DNA of 64,000 nucleotides, taken from NCBI GenBank assembly GCA_029261815.1, contig JAJDAQ010000086.1, positions 47,448 to 111,447 on the forward strand, read 5' to 3'. The notes under the pieces were generated by a model. It was not told the DNA's origin. It searched no databases and saw only the letters and a program-made list of their open reading frames with translations. Source of the DNA: Deltaproteobacteria bacterium (lineage in GTDB: Bacteria; Myxococcota_A; UBA9160; UBA6930). Positions 54,568-63,317 of this stretch are shown here, in pieces. Within the stretch, counting starts at the first letter, position 1, and the number at the start of each line of letters is the position of its first letter. Both the position numbers and the translations under genes were made by a program.

Positions 54568-56745
54568 CTATGCAGGCGGCGCTGCCTCTGCGACCGCGAA
54601 GACGTTGACCGGGATCGCGCTCTGCCGGGCCATACCCGTGATCGGGTCGTAGTCGGTCGCGTCGTCGACCAGTCGATTGGTGGCGGCCCCCATCTCGCGC
54701 ACCTTGGCATCTTCGTTGGGGGTATCGCCCCAGGCGTGGGCCATCGAGATGACGCCACGACGGATTTCGTCACTGGCTTCGACGACGGCGGGCACGCTGG
54801 CGTGCTCCGAGCGGATCTCGACGAGGTCGCCGGTCGCGATTCCGAGGGCATCGAGGTCTTCCGGGTTCATGAAGGCCGGGTTGGTCGTGCCTTCCTTTCG
54901 GATGGCGTCGAGGTACTGGCCCGAGGAATTGTAGACGTGGCGCAACCGTCGCGAGATGAGGCGATGGCTGAAGCTGTCGCCGTCCTCGCCGTAACCGGCA
55001 CCATCGGGCGTGAAGGTCTCCGCCCGGATCTCGTGCAGGTCATTGCAGACATCGACCGGCCCCACGTCGAGTTTTCCTTCGTTGCCGGGGTCAGCCGGCT
55101 GGACCGTGATGGCGACATCGTCGTAGACCTGTCCGCCCGGGGCTTCACGAATCTCGGCCAGGTCCACCCGCGACCGCGGCAGTACCCGCCTCATCACGTC
55201 GAGCTTCGACGGCTTTGCATCGACGGGCAGTTCGCCGCCGGCGAGGGGGATCGGCGTGCCGAGACGGTGCGCCATCCCCCAGTAGATCTCCCACTCTTCG
55301 ATGGCGTCGAAGCCGGGGTCGGCCACGGCCTGCGTGTAGTGCGCGTACGGCATCGAGTACCACGAGTCGGTCAGGATGTTCACGTCTTCGCGCTCGATGT
55401 GGATCTTGGGAGCGATGACGTAGTCGGCCAGCTTGGCCGTCGCCGAAAGTCGGATGTCGGCACAGACCAGCAGGTCGAGTTCCGCGATCGCCCTCAGTGC
55501 CTTCTCCTGGTTCGGCCACGCGACGACGGGGTTGCCCCCCATGCAGAACAGGGCGCGGACCTGTCCGTCGCCCGGCATCAGGATTTCGTCGGCCAGGGCC
55601 GCCGTCGGCATCTCGCCCACACCCCCGATGAAGATCTCGCTGAGACCGCGAACGCGTGACTGCGCGCCGATGCCCCAAGCGGGGAAGGGCGGGATCGCCT
55701 GGGCCTTGCGCGGCGTCGGCGAAAGGATGCCCGGGTTCGGGACGGCATCGCCCTCGCGGTTTACACGTCCACATAACGTCGCGATGGCGAGTACGAAGTG
55801 CTCGGTGACATTTCCGCGCGGGGCCATGTTGGGCCCCGTGCCGCAACTCACGCCGCCGCGTGTGCCGCCGGCAAAGAGGCGGGCGGCTTCGACGACCTGG
55901 GCCGCCGGAACGCCGGCGCGGCTCTCGACGTACTCGGGCGTGAACGCCTCGACGGCGTCTCGCAGTCGATCGACACCATCGACGTGCGCGTTGCAGAACG
56001 CTTCGTCGTGGAGGCCTTCGCTCAGGATCACGCGCGCGATTCCGGCGAGCAGGGTCGGGTCCTCTCCGGGCTTCACCGCCAGGTGGAGGTCTGCGCGCCG
56101 CGCGACTTCGGTCCTTCGCGGGTCGATCACGATGACCTTCAGGCCACGCTTCTTGGCGTCGCGATAGCTCTTGGACGGGCTGAACGACGGAATTCCGCCG
56201 TAGGGCGAGAATGCCGAGACCAGCGGGTTGTTGCCGACCACCAGGATCGTGTCGGCACTCTCGAAACTATGGCCACCGGCACTCCAGAGTCCGTGGCGCG
56301 CCATCGCGACGAACTTGGCCGGCTGGTCGATCGTGACGCTCGTGTAGAACGACGGTGACTCGATCCCGGTATGCCAGCCGCGTGCGACGGCGAGTTGCGC
56401 CGAATTCTGGAACGAGTGGGTGCCGAGGTAGCTGGCGATGGCGCGCGGCCCGGACTCGGCGATGAGGCCCTTGAGGCGATCGGCGATCTCGTCCAGCGCC
56501 TGTTCGGTCGGGATCTCCTCGAAGTCGCCGGAAGACGTTCGCTTCAAGGACGAGCGCAGGCGCTCGGGATGGTTGGTGAGATCGGGCATCTGGCGGCCCT
56601 TGATGCAGGTGTAGCCGCCGTAGACGGGATCAGACGTGTCACCGCGGACCGCGACGAGCCGTCCGTCCGAGTCGACATCGGCCTCCATCGCGCAGTAGGC
56701 GTGGCAGATTCGGCAGTACGTCTTGTGTGTCGTGAGACTCATCAT
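54568..56745 (-). CDS. Molybdopterin (bis-MGD) oxidoreductase, cytoplasmic, with an N-terminal [4Fe-4S] motif (paralog of 17186-19369)
   Basis: The start MMSLTTHKTY at 56745/56742 follows GAGGAA. Motif CRICHAYC...CIKG. It aligns collinearly with the first copy (VIDPRR, PGEDPT.LAGI, GTGPNMA.RGN). The listed ORF extends upstream through an Arg-rich non-coding-like stretch. Confidence 0.8.
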   Translation of the reverse strand: MMSLTTHKTYCRICHAYCAMEADVDSDGRLVAVRGDTSDPVYGGYTCIKGRQMPDLTNHPERLRSSLKRTSSGDFEEIPTEQALDEIADRLKGLIAESGPRAIASYLGTHSFQNSAQLAVARGWHTGIESPSFYTSVTIDQPAKFVAMARHGLWSAGGHSFESADTILVVGNNPLVSAFSPYGGIPSFSPSKSYRDAKKRGLKVIVIDPRRTEVARRADLHLAVKPGEDPTLLAGIARVILSEGLHDEAFCNAHVDGVDRLRDAVEAFTPEYVESRAGVPAAQVVEAARLFAGGTRGGVSCGTGPNMAPRGNVTEHFVLAIATLCGRVNREGDAVPNPGILSPTPRKAQAIPPFPAWGIGAQSRVRGLSEIFIGGVGEMPTAALADEILMPGDGQVRALFCMGGNPVVAWPNQEKALRAIAELDLLVCADIRLSATAKLADYVIAPKIHIEREDVNILTDSWYSMPYAHYTQAVADPGFDAIEEWEIYWGMAHRLGTPIPLAGGELPVDAKPSKLDVMRRVLPRSRVDLAEIREAPGGQVYDDVAITVQPADPGNEGKLDVGPVDVCNDLHEIRAETFTPDGAGYGEDGDSFSHRLISRRLRHVYNSSGQYLDAIRKEGTTNPAFMNPEDLDALGIATGDLVEIRSEHASVPAVVEASDEIRRGVISMAHAWGDTPNEDAKVREMGAATNRLVDDATDYDPITGMARQSAIPVNVFAVAEAAPPA

Positions 56746-56777
56746 GGTTCCTCTACGGAGTGGAATGTACCGGTGGC

Positions 56778-57749
56778 CTAACTTCCTGCGAGCTTGGCGA
56801 CGACGGGTGCGAACGCGTCCATGACTTCGGCGCCTACGGAGACGTAGGAAATGCCGAAGGCTTCGCGGCGCCGTTGCAGCTCCTCGACGATCTCGTCGAC
56901 GCTGCCGAAGAGCGCGTGCGGATGCGCGCGCATCTCGTCCGGCGTGATCCCGAATGCGCCTGCCATTCCCTCGGCGACGGCGCCCTGTCCTTCGCCGATG
57001 AAGGCAAAGTAGGCCGCGATCTCGAGCTCCAGGTCGTCGAACCGGTCGCCGGCGGCATCGCGGATCCATCCGACCTTGTTCGCCGTCTCTTCAGCCGTGC
57101 CTGTCTTCACACCGTCGGGACCGATCACGCCCGATTGGTTGTTGAAGTTGAGGCTGACGATGTCGGCTTCGCGGGCGGCCAGGGACAGCACGCGCTTGCC
57201 GCCGCCGCCAATCATGATCGGCGGGTGCGGTTTCTGGATCGGCTGCGGGGCCGCCTCGTAGCCGCTGATGTTGATGTGGTCTCCCTTGACGTCGATCTGG
57301 CCGGGCGCGAAATGCGCTTTCATGAACGCCACGGTTTCCGCGAGGCGGGAGATGCGGACGGGTGCCGGATCGAAGTCGAGCCCGATGGCTTCGTACTCGC
57401 CCGCAAGCCACCCCGCCCCGAGACCGAGTTCCAGGCGACCGCCGGAGAGCAGGTCCAACGTCGCCGCTTCCTTCGCCAGGACGGCCGCCGGTCGGTAGTC
57501 GATACAGAAAACGCGGCAGCCCACCTTCAGGGTCGACGTCGCTTCCGCCGCTACCGCGATCGCGGGAACGGCCGCCAATGTCTGCAGCGGATGATTCGTT
57601 GCTTCGAGCGCGGGGCCCGGCCCAAGGATGTGGTCGGCCAGATGCAGGGCTGAGAAGCCGAGGCCTTCGGCCTTGCGGGCGCGCTCTCGCCACTCGTCGC
57701 CGGAGTCTGCGCTGAAGCTCTGGACCGAGAATCGGAACGGATGGGGCAT
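56778..57749 (-). CDS. Luciferase-like (LLM class) flavin/F420-dependent oxidoreductase
   Basis: The start at 57749 follows AGGAG. Motifs FSALHLADHI, GRLELGLGAGW, KPHPPIMIGGGG. Confidence 0.8.
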   Translation of the reverse strand: MPHPFRFSVQSFSADSGDEWRERARKAEGLGFSALHLADHILGPGPALEATNHPLQTLAAVPAIAVAAEATSTLKVGCRVFCIDYRPAAVLAKEAATLDLLSGGRLELGLGAGWLAGEYEAIGLDFDPAPVRISRLAETVAFMKAHFAPGQIDVKGDHINISGYEAAPQPIQKPHPPIMIGGGGKRVLSLAAREADIVSLNFNNQSGVIGPDGVKTGTAEETANKVGWIRDAAGDRFDDLELEIAAYFAFIGEGQGAVAEGMAGAFGITPDEMRAHPHALFGSVDEIVEELQRRREAFGISYVSVGAEVMDAFAPVVAKLAGS

Positions 57750-57801
57750 GGCGGACTCCTGGCGCAAGGCAGCGGTGTCGATCGGACTGGAATCTTGCCG
57801 C

Positions 57802-57815
57802 TTGAACGTGTTAAA
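57802..57815. promoter_or_regulatory. Operator-like palindrome TTGAACGTGTTAAA
   Basis: This is the best match to the shared motif. It lies in the divergent region between the LLM gene (57749, minus) and the SnoaL-like gene (57905, plus) and overlaps TGTTAAAAC. Confidence 0.6.
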
Positions 57816-57904
57816 ACCGAGGCCATTCTACCGCCTCGATCCGCCGCGCGGGCGTCTTTCGCGCCCGACGGTGGGGAACCTGCGCTGGCGGCCGAGGAGA
57901 CCCG

Positions 57905-58360
57905 ATGAGTGATCCGATCGCCGATGAACTGGCCATCCGAAACCTGGTAGCGCGCTACTCCGATGCCGTGAACCGTCGCGATGCCGAGGCCTGGGGCAAT
58001 TGCTGGGCCGAAGACGCCGTCTGGAAGATCATGGGCATGGCGCCCGAGGGCCGCGAGACCATCGTCGGCCTCTGGAGCCAGTTCATGGGTGGCTTCCCGT
58101 TCGTGGTGCAGATGCCGAGCGAGTGCCTGATCACCCTCAATGGGGACGAGGCCACCGTGCGCGCGTACCTGACCGAGACCGGCAAGGGACCGGACGGAAG
58201 CGGGATGCTGACGCTGGGCGTGTACCACGATCGCGTTCGGAGAGAGGCCGACGCCTGGCGCTTCACCGAGCGAAGCTTCCACGCGATGTACTCGGGCCCG
58301 ATGGACATGAGCGGTGAGCCCGCGGGCTTCCCGGCAGAGATTACGGAGGCGGCGAAATGA
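57905..58360 (+). CDS. NTF2/SnoaL_4-like protein
   Basis: DELAIRNLVARYSDAVNRRDAEAWGNCWAEDAVW pattern. Confidence 0.75.
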   Translation: MSDPIADELAIRNLVARYSDAVNRRDAEAWGNCWAEDAVWKIMGMAPEGRETIVGLWSQFMGGFPFVVQMPSECLITLNGDEATVRAYLTETGKGPDGSGMLTLGVYHDRVRREADAWRFTERSFHAMYSGPMDMSGEPAGFPAEITEAAK

Positions 58361-58716
58361 GCAGCGATCTGATCATCATCGCAGGCAAGGTGACTGTAGA
58401 CCCGGCAAAGCGGGACGAGACCCTCGCCAGTGCGGCACAGCTCATGGAAGACACACGCACCCAGAAGGGTTGCCTCGACTATGTGTGGTCTGCGGATCCG
58501 ACGGATCCGGCGCGCATCTACGTCTTCGAGCGCTGGGAGTGTCAGGCAGACCTCGCCGCCCACCTGAAGGGCGACTACTACCTGCGGATGCGGGACCACA
58601 TCGGCTCGGCCGGGCTGACGGGCGCCGAGACCCAGAAGTACCGGATCGACTGGGCCGAGCAGGTCTACGACGAGACGGGAACGCCGCGGGCGGATTTCTT
58701 CACCGCCCCCGACTGA
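58357..58716 (+). CDS. ABM-domain (antibiotic-biosynthesis-monooxygenase-like) protein
   Basis: 119 aa with IIIAGKVTVDPAKRDE...CLDYVWSADPTDPARIYVFERWECQADLAAH. ATGA overlap with the upstream gene. Confidence 0.7.
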   Translation: MSSDLIIIAGKVTVDPAKRDETLASAAQLMEDTRTQKGCLDYVWSADPTDPARIYVFERWECQADLAAHLKGDYYLRMRDHIGSAGLTGAETQKYRIDWAEQVYDETGTPRADFFTAPD

Positions 58717-58810
58717 GTGGGCCGGGTCGCTTCCGGGAGTGACCATGGGTCATCCGGATCGCGCCATTTCGCGTACAATGCCGGGTTCTCCCCTCGCTCT
58801 GGAGCCCGGA

Positions 58811-61800
58811 ATGCATCGCTCGCGTCTGATCCTGTTCCTTCTGCTTGTCCTTTCGATGATGGCGGCCCGCTGTTCGGCGCCCCAGATCGTGATCGTCGCG
58901 CCCGGCGACGAGGTCACGACGTTCGACTTCGTCGTCCAGGTGCAGTTGCCGCCGGGCGCGACGCTGAGCGCGGCCACATTGAACGGCTCGCCGCTGCCGC
59001 TCGCACCGAGTGGATCCGGCGTCTACGAAGCGGCCCTCCAGGCCGGCCCGCCGCTCCTCGACAACAATGTGCTGGTGGTCGATGCGCTCGACGCAGAGGG
59101 CGGTGCGATCTCCCGCGGCCACGACTTCCTCTACGCCCCGGGCAAGGCGCAGCTCTTCCGCATCACGGACGACGATGACCTGATCCGCGGCCCGCTCGCC
59201 CATTCGCGGCTGGGCGATTTCATGCTCGCCAATGGCACCGCGCGTTTCGTCGTGCAGGACGTGGCGCAGCGCGATCTCTACAGCGTGGGCCAGTTCGGCG
59301 GCAACCTGATCGACGCGGAACTGGTCAGCCGACCGGGGCGCGATCAGTTCCTCGAAGTACAGCCGATGCTCAACGTCGAGACCGTCATCAATGCCCAGAC
59401 CGCCGAGATCGTGAACGACGGCCAGGACGGAACCGCCGCGATCCTGCGCACCTGCGGGCCCGATGACCTACTCGACTTCGTCAATCCGTCGAGTGCGATC
59501 GCCGATGCCGGCATCACGCCACCCGCGTTCTTCGATGACCTCGACCTGCCGATCGAGGCGTGCACGGACTACATCCTCGAGCCGGGCACCTCGTACGTTC
59601 GGATGGACACCACGGTGTTCAACAACGACACCCAGGCGCTCTCGCTCGCGGTCGGAGACTGGTTGAACGGTGGCGGCCAGCTCGAGCAGTGGAGTTCGCC
59701 GCTGCTGATGGGCGAGGCCCTGATCGGCAACACCGACCTCGTTAGTTTCATCGGGTACGCGCAGGGCGAAGGCGTCGACTACGGCCTCCAGATCATTCCC
59801 GATCCGCTCGGCGCGCCGCCCAACATCTTTACGACCAGCGGAGTGAGCGTGTTGCTCTACAACGCGAACGCGCTGCTGACCCTGCTCGGGACGCCACCGC
59901 CGTTCACGGTCGCGGCCGGCGGACAGCGCACCTATACCCGCTACTTCTCCGTCGGAGACGGCTCCGGCGCGAATTCGGTCGATGTCGCGGCGTTGACCAC
60001 CCAGACGGCGACCAGTCCGCTCAGCGGCTGTGTCACCGTCGCGGGCACGCCGCTGGCCGGTTCGCGCGTCAGCGTGGTCACGTTCAACGGCGCTGGCCAG
60101 CCGGCCTTCATGCGCTCGCAGTTCGTGACCGAGCCGGGTCCGTGCCCGAATTACTCGGGCACGCTGCCGAGTGGTCAGTACCAGGTGGCCGCGGCGCGCG
60201 ACGGTTCGGCCTTCATCGGCGGGAACACGACACCGGCCTACGTGCCGGTGTCGATCGCGGCTCCGGGGCCCGGCGCCGTGGTGGACTTCGATCTGCCCGC
60301 ACCGGCACGGCTCGAGGTCACGGTCACCAATTCAGAGGGAGATCCGGAACCCGCACGCGTGACCGTGGTCGGTTTCGATCCGAGTCCGGCACAGACCTTT
60401 CCCGGGCCTTCGTTCCCGGGCTTCGGAGGGTCGACCCTGGCCGTCTTCCGCGACCCGAAGGATCGCAGTCCGTTTGGCATCGCGGCGTTCGAATACGCCG
60501 ATGCCGCCGGTCTGGCTGGATTGGATGTCGAGCCGGGCAACTACGAGGTCGTGGTCAGTCGCGGCACCGAGTACTCCATCGACCGGTTCACGGTGCAACT
60601 CGGCGGCGGCACGGTCACGGCGTTGCAGGCCCAGATCGATCGCGTGATCGATACGCCCGGCTTCATCTCGTCCGACTTCCACGTCCATGGCATCCACTCG
60701 GCTGACTCGCGGGTGTCGCATGAACGACGCGTCCTGCAGTTCGCGGGCGAGGGGGTCGAGAACCTGATCATGACCGACCACCACGTCCATACGGACCTGC
60801 GGCCCACGATCGCGGCCCTCGGTATGGTCGAGGCGCTGACGTCCACGGTTGGCGAAGAGATCACGACCTTCGACTATGGGCACTTCAACGGGTACCCGTT
60901 CACGGTCGACCCGAACGTCCCGAGTGGCGGTTCCACCGACTGGGGGCGTGCAGCTCCTCCTGGCGAGGACTTTCCGAGCTTCGGCAACTACAACGCGACG
61001 CCGCCCGAGATCTTCAGCCTCGCCGTGAACGGTGCCCAGGCAACGCCGGACACCACGGTCCAGATCAACCACATCGGAAGCTTCTTCAATCCGCTTCGGG
61101 TGGATACGTCGGTCGCGGGCCCGATCACCGACGGCCTTGACGATGCGCTACGCGCCGAGCGAAGGCTTCCGCCGGTATCGCAGGCGCCCAACCTGTTCTT
61201 CCCGTATCCGGCCCTCGAACTCTGGAATGGCTCGAGCCGAGGCGCCCAGAGCGAATTCCGCAACGAGCGGATCGGGGTCTGGATGAACCTGCTGAACAAG
61301 GGCTTGCCGACGACCATGATCTCGGACACCGACACCCACGACTACCGAACGCTCCGGTCCGCGGGCGCGCGAACGTGGACGGCAGCGTCGACGGACCGGG
61401 CACGTTTCATCTCGAGCGATGAAGTCGCGCGCTCGGTGGATGCCGGCAAGGCCGTGGGCGGTCAGGGCATCTACGTGCAGACCCGTCTGCTCGCGCGAGA
61501 CGGCTCGGAGGGGATCGCGGATCTCTCGCTCGGCGGTGTGACCCAGGTCTCTTCGGCCGACGGCAGTATCGATCTGGAGATCCACATCCAGGCGCCGGCG
61601 TGGGCGGCCTTCGACACCATCGAGGTGTACTCGAACGCACCGACGACGCCGGTGAACCCGGCCGCCCCGTACGCTTTCGTGGCCACGCCGGACCAGGTGC
61701 TGGTCGAAGGCGACTGCAGTCTGGCGACGGGTGGGGACGGTGATTTCGACATCGTGAGCGTTCCGATCGCGGGGACGAATGCGTCGCGTCAGGAAGCCCA

Positions 61801-62047
61801 CGTGGTCGTGCCGTATCGCGGCCTGACCGCGGACGCGTGGTTCGTGGTGGTGGTTCGGGGCGAGGACGGCGCGTGCGCGCCCATGTTCCCCGTCTACGCT
61901 TCGAGTCTGCGGCAGGACACGAACCTGTCCTTGGCCGACCTGCTCGACGGAAACGTGGGCGAGGACGGTGTCATGGCCCTCGGCGTCACCAACGCGTTGT
62001 ATGCCGATGTCGACGGGACGCCGGGGATCCAACCGTCCAACCCCTAG
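58811..62047 (+). CDS. Large secreted multidomain protein with CarboxypepD_reg-like repeats and a PHP/CehA-McbA-like metallohydrolase region
   Basis: ATG at 58811 lies 6 nt after GGAG. Signal-like N-terminus MHRSRLILFLLLVLSMMAARC. Motifs SGCVTVAGTPLAGSRVSVV and GTLPSGQYQVAAARDG. Metal-motif-like DFHVHGIHSADS, MTDHHVHTD, ISDTDTHD. Confidence 0.6.
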   Translation: MHRSRLILFLLLVLSMMAARCSAPQIVIVAPGDEVTTFDFVVQVQLPPGATLSAATLNGSPLPLAPSGSGVYEAALQAGPPLLDNNVLVVDALDAEGGAISRGHDFLYAPGKAQLFRITDDDDLIRGPLAHSRLGDFMLANGTARFVVQDVAQRDLYSVGQFGGNLIDAELVSRPGRDQFLEVQPMLNVETVINAQTAEIVNDGQDGTAAILRTCGPDDLLDFVNPSSAIADAGITPPAFFDDLDLPIEACTDYILEPGTSYVRMDTTVFNNDTQALSLAVGDWLNGGGQLEQWSSPLLMGEALIGNTDLVSFIGYAQGEGVDYGLQIIPDPLGAPPNIFTTSGVSVLLYNANALLTLLGTPPPFTVAAGGQRTYTRYFSVGDGSGANSVDVAALTTQTATSPLSGCVTVAGTPLAGSRVSVVTFNGAGQPAFMRSQFVTEPGPCPNYSGTLPSGQYQVAAARDGSAFIGGNTTPAYVPVSIAAPGPGAVVDFDLPAPARLEVTVTNSEGDPEPARVTVVGFDPSPAQTFPGPSFPGFGGSTLAVFRDPKDRSPFGIAAFEYADAAGLAGLDVEPGNYEVVVSRGTEYSIDRFTVQLGGGTVTALQAQIDRVIDTPGFISSDFHVHGIHSADSRVSHERRVLQFAGEGVENLIMTDHHVHTDLRPTIAALGMVEALTSTVGEEITTFDYGHFNGYPFTVDPNVPSGGSTDWGRAAPPGEDFPSFGNYNATPPEIFSLAVNGAQATPDTTVQINHIGSFFNPLRVDTSVAGPITDGLDDALRAERRLPPVSQAPNLFFPYPALELWNGSSRGAQSEFRNERIGVWMNLLNKGLPTTMISDTDTHDYRTLRSAGARTWTAASTDRARFISSDEVARSVDAGKAVGGQGIYVQTRLLARDGSEGIADLSLGGVTQVSSADGSIDLEIHIQAPAWAAFDTIEVYSNAPTTPVNPAAPYAFVATPDQVLVEGDCSLATGGDGDFDIVSVPIAGTNASRQEAHVVVPYRGLTADAWFVVVVRGEDGACAPMFPVYASSLRQDTNLSLADLLDGNVGEDGVMALGVTNALYADVDGTPGIQPSNP

Positions 62048-62067
62048 CCCGCGCGGAGGTCCGTCCC

Positions 62068-63303
62068 GTGCAGGGTCATCGACGGGCGTTGATCGCGTGC
62101 GCGGGCGTCGTCTGGGCGCTCGGCGCCGCGGGCGCTGCCGGCGCGGCGGTCGATCTCGAGGTGTTCGAACGCGCCGCTCCGACGGTCGTCGCGATAGGCG
62201 AGGTCGTCGCGGTCGAACCGCTGGACCCTCGCGCGTGGCGGCTGGACATGCGTTGCGACGAACCCCTGAACGGCGATGGCGATGGCGTCATGACCCGCTC
62301 GGTGGTGTTCGAATCGCCCATGCGGGGTGGGGCAACGCCCGCCGAAGTCGGAGACCGACTCCTCCTGGCACTCGAACCCCTGCGACTGACCACGGCCTGG
62401 CGCAAGCGACTGGGTGCCTCCGCGACGGCGGCCCACTGGACCGTGGCTGACAACGGTCGCGCCCTGGTCCGTCGCCCTGCATCCGGTGCGATCGAGATCC
62501 TTCGGCATTTCCTGCGGTTGCCCGCGATCGCACGCAACGGCTCAGACGGCGTGCGACATCTGTTGGCGCTGGCGGCCGAGGTGCCGGTTCCGTTGGGTGC
62601 CGCCGCCGCCCGCCGTCTCCGGTCGACGCGTCCGGGCGGGCCGGTGCCGGCCCCGGTTGCGGACCTGGTCGTTCGGTCGTTGCGGCGCGAGCAGGGCGAC
62701 ATCGTCAACGCGGTGTTGCAGTGGATCGAGGAAGCGCGGCCCGCCGGTCTCGTCGATGCGCTGGAGCACGCATCGGCTGCCGAGGACGCACCGGCCGCCG
62801 TCTTCGAAGCGCGCGCGCGTCTTTCGTCAGGGCTGGAGCCGCGCACGATCCTGGCATTGGGAGATCACGCCGAAGCCACGCACCGCGAGGTCGCGGCCCG
62901 CTGGGCCGCCCGCGCCCAGGGGGATCGACTCGAGGATTGGGCCACCCACGATCCCGATGCCGACGTGCGCATCGCGGCGATACGCCGGCGCGCGGCCATC
63001 GGTCTCGATTCTCAGTGGGGCCGGGGCGCGTTCGGCGACGCCGAGCCCCGGGTCCGCGGCGAGGCCGCCCGGATCTGGGCGGCCGCTGGCGACGCCGACA
63101 TCGGGCCGATTCGCGACGCGGTGTTCGGCGACGACATCGCCGTCGCGCAGACTGCGATCCTGGCACTGCATCTCTCGGGCCGGCCAGAGGCCATAAGCGT
63201 CCTCGAAGAAGCGGCCCGCACGCACCCGTCCGCGGAGCTGCGGAAGGTCGCCGGGATCGCTTTGGGGCAGCCCCTGGGCGAAGTGCATTTGCCAGCGGAT
63301 TGA
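62068..63303 (+). CDS. HEAT-repeat (PBS-lyase-type) protein with a signal-like N-terminus
   Basis: GTG at 62068 follows GGAGG. N-terminus MQGHRRALIACAGVVWALGAAGAAGA. Repeats HDPDADVRIAAIRR, DAEPRVRGEAARIW, HPSAELRKVAGIAL. Confidence 0.6.
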   Translation: MQGHRRALIACAGVVWALGAAGAAGAAVDLEVFERAAPTVVAIGEVVAVEPLDPRAWRLDMRCDEPLNGDGDGVMTRSVVFESPMRGGATPAEVGDRLLLALEPLRLTTAWRKRLGASATAAHWTVADNGRALVRRPASGAIEILRHFLRLPAIARNGSDGVRHLLALAAEVPVPLGAAAARRLRSTRPGGPVPAPVADLVVRSLRREQGDIVNAVLQWIEEARPAGLVDALEHASAAEDAPAAVFEARARLSSGLEPRTILALGDHAEATHREVAARWAARAQGDRLEDWATHDPDADVRIAAIRRRAAIGLDSQWGRGAFGDAEPRVRGEAARIWAAAGDADIGPIRDAVFGDDIAVAQTAILALHLSGRPEAISVLEEAARTHPSAELRKVAGIALGQPLGEVHLPAD

Positions 63304-63317
63304 AGGATGATCGCGCG

